Source: Clostridia bacterium (lineage in GTDB: Bacteria; Bacillota; Clostridia; Oscillospirales; CAG-272). Taken from it: a stretch of 40,646 nt of DNA. The DNA lies in the NCBI GenBank assembly GCA_017508405.1, contig JAFVYY010000089.1, positions 1 through 40,646 of the forward strand, written 5' to 3'. Each line of letters opens with the position of its first letter. Position 1 is the first letter of the stretch. Of this stretch, positions 9,422-17,896 are shown piece by piece. The notes below the pieces were generated by a model. That model was not told the origin of the DNA. It was given only the letters and a program-made list of their open reading frames with translations, and ran no database searches. Position numbers and translations under genes: made by a program.

Positions 9422-9450
9422 ATTATAATTTACTTTCCCAATAATGTCAA
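9422..9450 (-). promoter_or_regulatory. Sigma-A promoter of marR-ABC operon
   Basis: Perfect TTGACA-N17-TATAAT on minus strand. Confidence 0.85.
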
Positions 9451-9500
9451 TATTTACATACAAATTTAACACTCTATATATAAAAAATATCTAGAGCTTT

Positions 9501-9530
9501 AAATAAAAGAGCGAGTTTTTAACAACTCGC
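9501..9530 (-). terminator. Intrinsic terminator after SDR gene
   Basis: GCGAGTT/AACTCGC stem followed on minus strand by TCTTTTATTT. Confidence 0.7.
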
Positions 9531-9534
9531 CCAT

Positions 9535-10257
9535 TTATTTATCTTTTTCTAACTCAAGTTTCCAACCGTTGTCACCGTGATATATCATATGACGAGTCAT
9601 TCCGCCGTCAACACATATATTCTCCCCCGTTATAAATCCCGCCATGTCTGAGCAAAGATACATAACTATATTTGCAATATCAAGAGGGTTTCCTACTCTT
9701 CCGACAGGCTGTTGAACAGCATCGGCACCCTCATACACCGTATATGCAGTATCTATCCAACCGGGAGAAACGGAATTTACTCTTACCTTTCCCGCAAGAC
9801 TTACCGCCAAAGCGTGAGTTAACGCCGAAATTCCGCCCTTTGCAGCAGTATAGCTTTCAGTTTCCGGCTGACTCATTCTGTCACGGGATGAGGATATATT
9901 TACAATGCTTGCTCCCCCTGCAAAATACGGCGCAAACAACTTTGAAAGATAAAAGGGAGCAGTAACTCCAACCTTTAACGCATACTCAAAATCCTCATAG
10001 CTTCCCTTTTCGATACCGCACATTTTCGGAGCGGCATTATTAATTAAGAAGTCCACTCTGCCATATTGAGAAATAACTTTTTTTGCGAATTCTTCAAGAA
10101 TTATTTTATCTGCAATATCTCCAACAAAGTAATCGTTATCAAGCAAGTCGATTACACATACTCTTGCTCCCGCCTTTTCCAACTCGTCACGGATACATTT
10201 ACCGATTCCCCTTGCGCCGCCTGTTACAACGGCAATTTTTCCTTTAAAATCAAACAT
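9535..10257 (-). CDS. SDR family oxidoreductase
   Basis: TGGARGIG, NNAA, YTAAK, SPGWIDT. Confidence 0.9.
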   Translation of the reverse strand: MFDFKGKIAVVTGGARGIGKCIRDELEKAGARVCVIDLLDNDYFVGDIADKIILEEFAKKVISQYGRVDFLINNAAPKMCGIEKGSYEDFEYALKVGVTAPFYLSKLFAPYFAGGASIVNISSSRDRMSQPETESYTAAKGGISALTHALAVSLAGKVRVNSVSPGWIDTAYTVYEGADAVQQPVGRVGNPLDIANIVMYLCSDMAGFITGENICVDGGMTRHMIYHGDNGWKLELEKDK

Positions 10258-10265
10258 ATAATCTC

Positions 10266-10745
10266 CTATATCCTCGCAAGAGTGTTTAAATTATTTCCGG
10301 TTAAGCGGTATATCGTCCACTCATCCAAGGGCTCTGCACCTAACGATTTATAAAAATCTATACTTGGTTTATTCCAATCAAGACAGCACCACTCAAGTCT
10401 GCCGCATCCTCTTTCAACAGTAATACGTGCAAGCTCACGAATCAAAGCCTTTCCGTGACCTTTTCCCCTAAATTCAGGTTTTACAAACAGATCCTCAAGA
10501 TATATTCCCGCTCTGCCGAGAAAGGTGGAAAAATTATGAAAAAACAGGGCAAATCCGACCTCTTTTCCATCTTCCAAAGCAAATATGACCTCTGCTTTTC
10601 CTTTTTCAAATATCCATTCACGTAAAAGATCCTCATCAGCTACAACAAGATCCGACATTTTTTCATACTCGGCAAGGGATCTTATAAATTCTAATATCAG
10701 AGCAGTATCCTGTTCTTTTGCCATTCGAAATTCCGTTTTGTTCAT
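10266..10745 (-). CDS. GNAT N-acetyltransferase (diamine acetyltransferase-like)
   Basis: FFHNFSTFLGRAGIYLEDLFVKPEFRGKGHG, CLDWNKPSIDFY; GGGAGA RBS before ATG 10745. Confidence 0.9.
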   Translation of the reverse strand: MNKTEFRMAKEQDTALILEFIRSLAEYEKMSDLVVADEDLLREWIFEKGKAEVIFALEDGKEVGFALFFHNFSTFLGRAGIYLEDLFVKPEFRGKGHGKALIRELARITVERGCGRLEWCCLDWNKPSIDFYKSLGAEPLDEWTIYRLTGNNLNTLARI

Positions 10746-10761
10746 AGGCTTCTCCCGTATC

Positions 10762-11292
10762 TTAGTCAAAAATCTTAATAAGCTTAGACGGCTCCTTGCG
10801 CTTTTTCACACGGAGCTTATCATCATCCGATGCATAACCGAGTGAAATAACAAGTCTGACTGTCCCATCAAGGCCACAAATCTCACGTATATCACCATCA
10901 TTGAGCCAACCGAGAATACATGTGCCAAGTCCCTGTGCCGTTGCTTCCGCTGTAATGTATGCGGATACTATACCAATATCAATGGAACGGTAGTCATTTT
11001 TCTTTACCTTTGCTCCTAACGCTGCCGATGCAACATAGGGCATTTCCGATATAACAATCATTATGGGGGCATCGTTTGTAAATTTATTCATTCCCATGCC
11101 TTGAGTTGCCTTTGCAACCTTCTTTGCAGCCTCTCCCTTGCAAACAGTAATAAAGTACGGCTGACCGTTACATGCAGACGGAGACAGTCTGGCAGATTCC
11201 AATATTCTGTCAAGCTTTTCCTGCTCTACCTCACGTTTTGGATTATAGCTGCGACATGATTGACGTGTATTTGCAATTTCATTGAAATTCAT
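10762..11292 (-). CDS. Nitroreductase family protein
   Basis: RQSCRSY, ARLSPSACNGQP, GLGTCILGW. Confidence 0.9.
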   Translation of the reverse strand: MNFNEIANTRQSCRSYNPKREVEQEKLDRILESARLSPSACNGQPYFITVCKGEAAKKVAKATQGMGMNKFTNDAPIMIVISEMPYVASAALGAKVKKNDYRSIDIGIVSAYITAEATAQGLGTCILGWLNDGDIREICGLDGTVRLVISLGYASDDDKLRVKKRKEPSKLIKIFD

Positions 11293-11304
11293 AATGCTCT
11301 CCTT

Positions 11305-11898
11305 TTATAATTCGATAAGAACGGCTCGGCACGGAGCGCCGTCTCCGCCGCCTAAATTCAACGGAGCGGCACTAAGCAGATAAACTCCCTCAGGTACATG
11401 GGAAAGTCTTATTCCCTCTAAAAGAACTACGTTTTTCTGCAACAATTCCAAGTGTACCTGCTTTGGCGAATCCTCAGGACCGACGGTCTGTGATTCATTG
11501 CCTATCAGCTCAACACCCGCATGGGCAAATACCCTTGCCGCATCATACGTAACTGTTGCATTGCCCTTTATGAGAATTTTATTTACGTCTTTTTCTTGGA
11601 CATTTCTTGCTTTGCAAACAAATAATTCTGCATCATTTCGACTTATATCGCCGCTATGCTCCACCACAAGCGCATATCCAATCGTCTTTTGAAGAGAAAG
11701 CTCGTCAATCCTTAAACCGCTGTTTATAAAATGATACGGCGCATCAACATGAGTACCATTATGAGCGCACATACTAAATGACGTAAGATTACATACGTCT
11801 CCGCTATTTATTGAAAGAAGCTCTTTCCTTTCCGGCTTAGGGTCCCCCGGATATATGTTGCATGAATAGATTTCCTGAGAAATATCGTATATCTTCAT
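11305..11898 (-). CDS. Cyclase / kynurenine formamidase-like metallohydrolase
   Basis: HNGTHVDAPYH motif, YPGDP, GDGAPCRA. Confidence 0.9.
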   Translation of the reverse strand: MKIYDISQEIYSCNIYPGDPKPERKELLSINSGDVCNLTSFSMCAHNGTHVDAPYHFINSGLRIDELSLQKTIGYALVVEHSGDISRNDAELFVCKARNVQEKDVNKILIKGNATVTYDAARVFAHAGVELIGNESQTVGPEDSPKQVHLELLQKNVVLLEGIRLSHVPEGVYLLSAAPLNLGGGDGAPCRAVLIEL

Positions 11899-11927
11899 TT
11901 TAACTCCACAAACGTTACTTTAAAGCA

Positions 11928-11956
11928 ATTATACCATAAATGTAACGTTAAATCAA
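11928..11956 (-). promoter_or_regulatory. Sigma-A promoter of cyclase operon
   Basis: TTGATT-N17-TATAAT with TG extension. Confidence 0.65.
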
Positions 11957-11982
11957 CAAAATATATTTTAAAATATCCGGTC

Positions 11983-12011
11983 TTGACGAAAATAAAATAT
12001 TTTGTTATAAT
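11983..12011 (+). promoter_or_regulatory. Sigma-A promoter of glnA
   Basis: TTGACG-N17-TATAAT with TGn extension; GGAGG RBS downstream. Confidence 0.8.
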
Positions 12012-12043
12012 TAATATATAAAAAACTTTGGAGGAAATGCTTT

Positions 12044-13468
12044 ATGGCAAAAACAGTACAGGATATTCTTACTCTCATCAAAGAAAATGACATCAAAATG
12101 GTTGACTTCAAGATGGTCGATATCAACGGACAGTTCAGACACGTTACCATCCTTGCAGAAAACTTTTCCGAAGACACTGTAAAAAGCGGTATCGGCTTTG
12201 ACGCTTCCAACTACGGATATGCGGTAGTTGAAAAGAGCGACATGGTATTCATACCCGATCTTGACACAGCTATCATTGATCCGTTCTGCGACATCCCTAC
12301 TCTTTCAATGACAGGAAATGCTATGGTTATAGCAAGTCCCGAAAACAAGCCCCTTGCTCAGTATCCCCGAAATATAGTTCTCGCTGCTGAAAAATATATG
12401 CAGGACTCCGGAGTTGCTGACACAATGCTTATTCTTCCCGAATTCGAGTTTTATCTTTTCGATAACGTTGGCTGGGAGGTTCAGCCTAATTCTATCGGAG
12501 TTACCCTTGATACACAGCAGTCCTATTGGAACAGCGCAACAGAAGGATTTGGATGCGTTGTACCTAAGCAGAAGGCATACCATATTGCCAAGCCCTTTGA
12601 TAAGGCTTATGAAGCAAGAAGTGAAATGTGTCTCCACATGAAGAATATAGGTATTGAGATCAACTATCATCACCCCGAGGTTGCCGCATCCGGTCAGTTT
12701 GAGATAGAGCCTCAGCTTGGTAAGATGTCAACTATGGCAGACGCTACCATGATGATCAAATACATAATTCACAATACTGCCCTTAAGTATGGCAAGACTG
12801 CTACATTTATGCCCAAGCCCATTTACGGTGAGGCAGGCAGCGGTATGCATGTTCATATGCTTCTTCTCAAGGACGGCGAGCCTGTATTCTCCGACGACAA
12901 CGGTTATGCGCATCTCAGCGAAACAGCTCACTACTTTATGGGCGGTCTCCTTAAGCATATTGCTTCACTCTGCGCAATCACTAACCCCAGCACAAACTCC
13001 TTTAAACGTCTTGTTCCCGGCTTTGAAGCTCCCGTTACAGTTGGTTATGCTACATCTAACAGAAGCGCTGTAATCCGTATCCCCGCTTACGCTAAAACAC
13101 CCGCTAAGCGTCGTTTTGAGCTTCGTAATCCCGATGCAACGTGCAACCCCTACTTCTGTTATGCAGCTATACTTATGGCAGGTCTTGACGGTATTAAGAA
13201 CAAGATAGATCCCCACGCAAACGGTTGGGGCCCCTATGATATGAACCTCTTCCACTTGAGTGATGAAGAAAAGGCTAAGCTCACTCAGCTTCCTACCTCT
13301 CTTACCGAGGCCCTTGACGCTCTTGAAGCAGACCACGATTACCTCACAGCAGGCGGTGTTTTCCCCGAAGAGCTTCTTAAGAACTTTATTAAAACTAAGC
13401 GTGCAGAATGCAGTGAGCTTTCCAAGATTCCTCATCCCGCTGAATTTGACAGATACTATAATCTTTAA
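12044..13468 (+). CDS. glnA: Glutamine synthetase type I
   Basis: FDAS, PEFEFYLF, HHPEVA, ATFMPKP..GSGMHVH, NSFKRLVPGFEAP, NRSAVIRIP, RFELRNPD, PHPAEF. Confidence 0.96.
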   Translation: MAKTVQDILTLIKENDIKMVDFKMVDINGQFRHVTILAENFSEDTVKSGIGFDASNYGYAVVEKSDMVFIPDLDTAIIDPFCDIPTLSMTGNAMVIASPENKPLAQYPRNIVLAAEKYMQDSGVADTMLILPEFEFYLFDNVGWEVQPNSIGVTLDTQQSYWNSATEGFGCVVPKQKAYHIAKPFDKAYEARSEMCLHMKNIGIEINYHHPEVAASGQFEIEPQLGKMSTMADATMMIKYIIHNTALKYGKTATFMPKPIYGEAGSGMHVHMLLLKDGEPVFSDDNGYAHLSETAHYFMGGLLKHIASLCAITNPSTNSFKRLVPGFEAPVTVGYATSNRSAVIRIPAYAKTPAKRRFELRNPDATCNPYFCYAAILMAGLDGIKNKIDPHANGWGPYDMNLFHLSDEEKAKLTQLPTSLTEALDALEADHDYLTAGGVFPEELLKNFIKTKRAECSELSKIPHPAEFDRYYNL

Positions 13469-13472
13469 TAAC

Positions 13473-13502
13473 AAAAAACGGCTGATACGTCAGCCGTTTT
13501 TT
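13473..13502. terminator. Bidirectional terminator between glnA and GH30
   Basis: AAAAAACGGCTGA-TACG-TCAGCCGTTTTTT. Confidence 0.9.
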
Positions 13503-13515
13503 ATAATGCGAATCA

Positions 13516-14787
13516 TTAAAGAACTATTGTATTTAAAGATCTTGCAGAAAGAACGTAAGATTTTTCCTCAATTGTAATTACCTTCTCTGTGGGATGGGGA
13601 TTGCATACAACCATAATTCTTTCACCATCGGGATTTGTAAAAGAAACAATATTTGAAGAAAATTCTCCCTTTGTCTCCGTAAACTTAGCACCTCTTTTTA
13701 CAAAATGAGAAATATGCTTCATAAGGTAGAACTCGGGAGTGAACGTAGCTTTACCGTCCACAACGTGTATAAGTGAATTTTGACGCCATCCCCAAGTGCT
13801 TGAGCTATCACCCTCAAGAGCGATATTCCAATAAACGTATGCGGATGCGCCTTCTCTTAAGTACATACGAACCATTTCAAATATGTACATCATCTGATCC
13901 CATGAGTTGTCACCGCCGCCGCACTCGGACTCTGTCTGTATAATTTCAAGCTCGGGATAATCATCCTTAGTTGCTCCGAGAGCCATCTTTCCTGCCCATT
14001 GATAACCAACGCCCTTAATATATTTTCTTGCCTTTTCATCCTGCATAGCGTGAGCAAGATACTGGTAATATCTTGTTCTTGTCCATCTGCTATCCCCCTC
14101 GGGACCGTTTATCGTTCCAAAGAAAATATCAACACCGCTGCCCTCTAAAGCTTCACCGAGATAATTACCTATAAAATGCGTAAGCATGTCTCCGCTCCAA
14201 ACACAGGATGGGAATACCTGATTGCTACATGGCTCATTTTGCGGATGAACGTGAACAAGGGGAACTCCTTTTTCAAGATAAGCATCAACGTACTTTCTGA
14301 AATACAATGCATATGCCTTAAAATTCTCCTCGGTTGCATTGAAAATACCGTTACTGTATACCTTCTTTGTTTTAAGCCAAAGAGGTGGACACCAGGGTGA
14401 TGCAAACATCTGCATATCATCCTGACGGGAAAGCGCTTCTCTAATCAACGGAAGAAGATACTTTTCATCTCTTTCAACGGAGAAATTATTCATTTCATAG
14501 TCCCCGTCTGTTTCGTTGTAAGAATAGAAATCTGTTGCGAAATCACTTGCACCCATTGGAGTTCTGCAATAATTGAAATTTGCTTTATCTTTACAAAAGA
14601 GCTCGTCAAGAAGTTCCTTTTTTTCTTTAGGCTTTAATTTATTCAGAGCAATTGCGCCAAGCTCGGAAAAGCATGTTCCAAATCCTCTTATATTCTGTTT
14701 TTCATCGCCAAACGTAATCTTAATACCCTCTTTATCGGTTGTCTTTCCCTTTTGCCACTTGACTCTTTCCGTTGTTGAAATAATCAT
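13516..14787 (-). CDS. Glycoside hydrolase family 30 (glucosylceramidase-like), cytoplasmic
   Basis: GFGTCFSELG, RTPMGASDF, FASPWCPP, PQNEP (acid/base), IIQTE (nucleophile), YVYWN; no signal peptide. Confidence 0.9.
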   Translation of the reverse strand: MIISTTERVKWQKGKTTDKEGIKITFGDEKQNIRGFGTCFSELGAIALNKLKPKEKKELLDELFCKDKANFNYCRTPMGASDFATDFYSYNETDGDYEMNNFSVERDEKYLLPLIREALSRQDDMQMFASPWCPPLWLKTKKVYSNGIFNATEENFKAYALYFRKYVDAYLEKGVPLVHVHPQNEPCSNQVFPSCVWSGDMLTHFIGNYLGEALEGSGVDIFFGTINGPEGDSRWTRTRYYQYLAHAMQDEKARKYIKGVGYQWAGKMALGATKDDYPELEIIQTESECGGGDNSWDQMMYIFEMVRMYLREGASAYVYWNIALEGDSSSTWGWRQNSLIHVVDGKATFTPEFYLMKHISHFVKRGAKFTETKGEFSSNIVSFTNPDGERIMVVCNPHPTEKVITIEEKSYVLSARSLNTIVL

Positions 14788-14937
14788 AAGATTAACTCCT
14801 TATATTAAAATTCAAGATTATTTTAACATATATGCCTTTATAAATCAATCTATTTTTTAAAAAAGGAAAAGAACTATCGGTCAGAGGCGTACTCTAAGGG
14901 ATAGCTTTGCCTACAACAAAAAAACAGAAGTCGCAGA

Positions 14938-14966
14938 TTGTTTTTTTACGATTATTGTGATATAAT
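14938..14966 (+). promoter_or_regulatory. Sigma-A promoter of methyltransferase
   Basis: TTGTTT-N17-TATAAT with TG extension. Confidence 0.55.
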
Positions 14967-15039
14967 ATGATGTGTGATAAGTCTTGTGTCGGGTTGCGAT
15001 AAGTAAGAACGGCAAATATGAATTTTCAGGAGGTTATGT

Positions 15040-15690
15040 ATGCTTGAAAAAATGAGTGATTTCTTTGAGGCGAGACTTGATAGATACGATGAGCATATGA
15101 TGACCGACATCGAGTCCGCAAACGAGTTCTATCCCTTTACGGCAAGGCAATTGCCGACTGCCAAAAACTCTTTAATACTTGATTTGGGTTGCGGTACGGG
15201 ATTGGAGCTGCAAGAATATTATAAGCTTAACCCGTCGGCAAGGATTACGGGAATTGACCTTTCGCAAGGAATGTTAACACAACTTAAGCAAAAATTCGTT
15301 GGAAAGGAAATAACCTTGATTCTTGGTTCATATTTTGATGTACCACTCGGTGAGAACGTATTTGATGCAGCTGTATCGGTGGAAAGCCTTCACCATTTTA
15401 AAAAAGAAGAAAAGATTGGTTTGTATTCTAAATTGCACATTGCTCTGAGGGATAATGGTTATTTTATCCTCACGGATTATTTTTCCTTATCCGATGAAGA
15501 AGAACAGATGCATCGACAGAATTTGATAACCCTGAAGGCAGCACAAGGAATTACCGATGACGAGTTTTACCATTATGATACACCGCTTACTGTGAAACAT
15601 GAAATTGAAGCTCTCATTGAAGCGGGTTTTACGTCTGCAGAGGTGTTGAACAATTGGGGAGCAACGTACACTGTTAAGGCAATTAAATAG
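15040..15690 (+). CDS. Class I SAM-dependent methyltransferase
   Basis: ILDLGCGTG, GIDLSQGML, FDAAVSVESLHH; AGGAGG RBS. Confidence 0.92.
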   Translation: MLEKMSDFFEARLDRYDEHMMTDIESANEFYPFTARQLPTAKNSLILDLGCGTGLELQEYYKLNPSARITGIDLSQGMLTQLKQKFVGKEITLILGSYFDVPLGENVFDAAVSVESLHHFKKEEKIGLYSKLHIALRDNGYFILTDYFSLSDEEEQMHRQNLITLKAAQGITDDEFYHYDTPLTVKHEIEALIEAGFTSAEVLNNWGATYTVKAIK

Positions 15691-15723
15691 CCGCACATTC
15701 TATTTTTTGGTCGCCAAGCCTTT

Positions 15724-15751
15724 AAGCTCTCTTTTGTTAAGAGAGCTTTTT
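15724..15751 (+). terminator. Intrinsic terminator
   Basis: AAGCTCTCTT-N5-AAGAGAGCTT followed by T tract. Confidence 0.8.
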
Positions 15752-16011
15752 GTTCACCTATCTTTTTTCAATTTTCTTTACAAGTGCTGCATTTACGGAA
15801 ACAAATATAAAATACGGCATACCATTTCGAGATATGCCGCATTTTTTAATAAGATGAATTTTTAAACAATGTTTTTTAATTAACGCTTATAAAATTTAAA
15901 TTCATTAATTTTTCCTTGAATTTGTTGGGCTTTTCCTCATATTACAGTTATTTTATTTTTATATTATTGTATAAATAATTTGTAGAAGTCTGTATTATTA
16001 GGAGTGAAAAA

Positions 16012-16251
16012 ATGGGAAACTACATATATAAAATCAATGAGGAAATACAAATTATCGAAAATTCAAGGGTTAAAATGTACGGCATTTCCATATTTTCTTC
16101 GGATTCTTCTCCTGACTCAGAGCCCCTTGAAGAAATCAAAGCAATAACATCAAAGCTCTCTTTTATTACGGAAATTTTAAGACTTGTTATTAGATTCAAG
16201 CCTTCTCCCATCCATCTAAAGGATATTGTAAGTGATATTATAACAAGATAA
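16012..16251 (+). CDS. Small protein, DUF6514-like
   Basis: YGISI...SPIHLKDIVSDI pattern; AGGAG RBS. Confidence 0.7.
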   Translation: MGNYIYKINEEIQIIENSRVKMYGISIFSSDSSPDSEPLEEIKAITSKLSFITEILRLVIRFKPSPIHLKDIVSDIITR

Positions 16252-16277
16252 AAGCCGCTTTTTAAAAACGGCATTCT

Positions 16278-16838
16278 CTATAATCTTTTTCCGTATTCCA
16301 TAAGGATGTTTCTTTTACAGTTGTCCTCTTTTTCGTGCTTTTTGATCCTGTTTTTAACGTAAGTCCTTTTGATTTTACAGAAAGCGGCTTTAAGCCATAA
16401 AGCTACCGGTCTTATAGGCTCGAAAAGACATACAAGGATGATCTTGAAAATTTTTCTTATTCTAATAACTATTAAGCTCGATAATGATATTACGACTCTG
16501 CCAAGGGTAAAATAGTAAAGCATAAATCCGAAAAAAGCTCCGAAATATATATACCATCTTATTTTTCCGTTGTTTACAAAATATACGAAAACAGACATAA
16601 TTACGGCTATCGTAACAAAATAAATTATATCCGTTATTCCCATAACAATGCTTTCGTAAGCCTTGCCGACAGACGTATCTTCGTCTATGCATTTGAGCCT
16701 TTTAAACATATATCTTTTATATCTTATTCCCAAAAAGCATCTTAAAATTCTCACGCAATCATATATTAAACCGAGTAAAAGCCCTAAAACAACAGACGAA
16801 AGTGCTACTGCGAACTGATGCGCAAGGGATATTTCCAT
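16278..16838 (-). CDS. yabQ: Spore cortex biosynthesis protein YabQ
   Basis: LIYDCVRILR, DIIYF, NNGKIRWY motifs; follows yabP. Confidence 0.88.
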   Translation of the reverse strand: MEISLAHQFAVALSSVVLGLLLGLIYDCVRILRCFLGIRYKRYMFKRLKCIDEDTSVGKAYESIVMGITDIIYFVTIAVIMSVFVYFVNNGKIRWYIYFGAFFGFMLYYFTLGRVVISLSSLIVIRIRKIFKIILVCLFEPIRPVALWLKAAFCKIKRTYVKNRIKKHEKEDNCKRNILMEYGKRL

Positions 16839-16848
16839 TTAATTTACC

Positions 16849-17127
16849 TCATTTAAACAATCCTATAAAGGATCTTTTCTTTTTTTCCGGCGCAGTACCG
16901 TAATAATTAATTCCGCATATTTTACCGTTGACTGTAAGCTCTCCGCTTGATGCATCAAATTTTTCGATTTTCAAGCCTTCACCCTCTATTGAAATATCCG
17001 ATTCCGAATTCTGTGCCATTATTTGGCAGTCATCAAAGCTTGTAACGTCACTTATTCCGGTCATTCTGAGCATTCGACCGCCTATTATCGTAACATCGTG
17101 ATTTAATGGCTCTCTGTTCTCTTCCAT
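16849..17127 (-). CDS. yabP: Sporulation protein YabP
   Basis: MTGISDVTSFDD, IEGEGLKI, VNGKICGINY; yabO-yabP-yabQ synteny. Confidence 0.88.
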   Translation of the reverse strand: MEENREPLNHDVTIIGGRMLRMTGISDVTSFDDCQIMAQNSESDISIEGEGLKIEKFDASSGELTVNGKICGINYYGTAPEKKKRSFIGLFK

Positions 17128-17158
17128 ATATACCTCCGAAACAATCTATCTGACATTA

Positions 17159-17188
17159 ATATATATGAAAAAGTGCCCGAGTTTATTA
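17159..17188 (-). promoter_or_regulatory. Possible sigma-E-type sporulation promoter for yabPQ
   Basis: Minus strand TAATA-N16-CATATATAT; yabPQ is sigma-E controlled in Bacillus subtilis. Confidence 0.45.
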
Positions 17189-17431
17189 CTCGGACACTAC
17201 CTCGTATAATTCCTGAGCATCGTTTTTTCTAACGACCTCTCGTACATCAAGTACTCTTATTTTAAGCTTTTTTGCACCGAAGGTGATCTCTACAATATCT
17301 CCCTCCTTAACATCATATGAAGCCTTAACTGTTTTACCGTTAACAGCTACGTGGGCAGCGTCGCATGCATCGTTTGCCACCGTTCTTCTTTTAATAATTC
17401 TTGAAACCTTTAAAAATTTATCTATTCTCAT
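17186..17431 (-). CDS. yabO: S4-domain RNA-binding protein YabO/RqcP
   Basis: MRIDKFLKVSRIIKRRTVANDAC. Confidence 0.93.
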   Translation of the reverse strand: MRIDKFLKVSRIIKRRTVANDACDAAHVAVNGKTVKASYDVKEGDIVEITFGAKKLKIRVLDVREVVRKNDAQELYEVVSE

Positions 17432-17445
17432 AATATCACCGCATC

Positions 17446-17473
17446 AAAACAGGCTGCGTAAATACACAGCCTG
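17446..17473 (-). terminator. Terminator after hup
   Basis: CAGGCTG/CAGCCTG stem, minus-strand TTTT. Confidence 0.65.
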
Positions 17474-17492
17474 CTTTTATATTCAATTTTAA

Positions 17493-17768
17493 TTAGCCGT
17501 TAACTTTTTCTTTAAGAGCCTTACCAGCTGAAAACTTAACCGTTTTGGATTCAGGAATCTGAATAGCTTCGCCTGTTGCAGGGTTACGACCTTCTCTTGC
17601 AGCCTGTACCTTTGTTTCAAAAGCACCAAAGCCAACTATCTGAACCTTATCTCCCTCACAAAGAGCCTTTTCAATTCCTGCAAATACTGCATCTACTGCT
17701 GCTGCGGCATCCTTTTTCTTAAGTTCTGTTTCCTTCATTACTACTTCAATAAGATCTGCCTTGTTCAT
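17493..17768 (-). CDS. hup: HU family DNA-binding protein
   Basis: [26 protein letters not shown]. Confidence 0.96.
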   Translation of the reverse strand: MNKADLIEVVMKETELKKKDAAAAVDAVFAGIEKALCEGDKVQIVGFGAFETKVQAAREGRNPATGEAIQIPESKTVKFSAGKALKEKVNG

Positions 17769-17804
17769 TGGAGTTTTCCTCGTTTCATTTTTATTTCCGA
17801 TTTT

Positions 17805-17833
17805 ATTATATCACCTTATGATATAAAATTCAA
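17805..17833 (-). promoter_or_regulatory. Sigma-A promoter of hup
   Basis: TTGAAT-N17-TATAAT with TG extension and an A-rich upstream tract on the minus strand. Confidence 0.7.
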
Positions 17834-17896
17834 GTATTTTTGTTTATTTTTTCAAATTTTTTATTATTTTTGCGATTTTTTTGTTTAATATCACTA

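Noticed and set aside
12965-13474. 169-aa antisense ORF inside glnA
   Set aside because: No RBS or recognisable motif; typical shadow ORF of a codon-biased gene
14874-14904. Weak nested hairpin (CTATC/GATAG, AGAG/CTCT) as possible riboswitch or attC site
   Set aside because: Short stems, lies upstream of both predicted promoters, no recognisable family consensus
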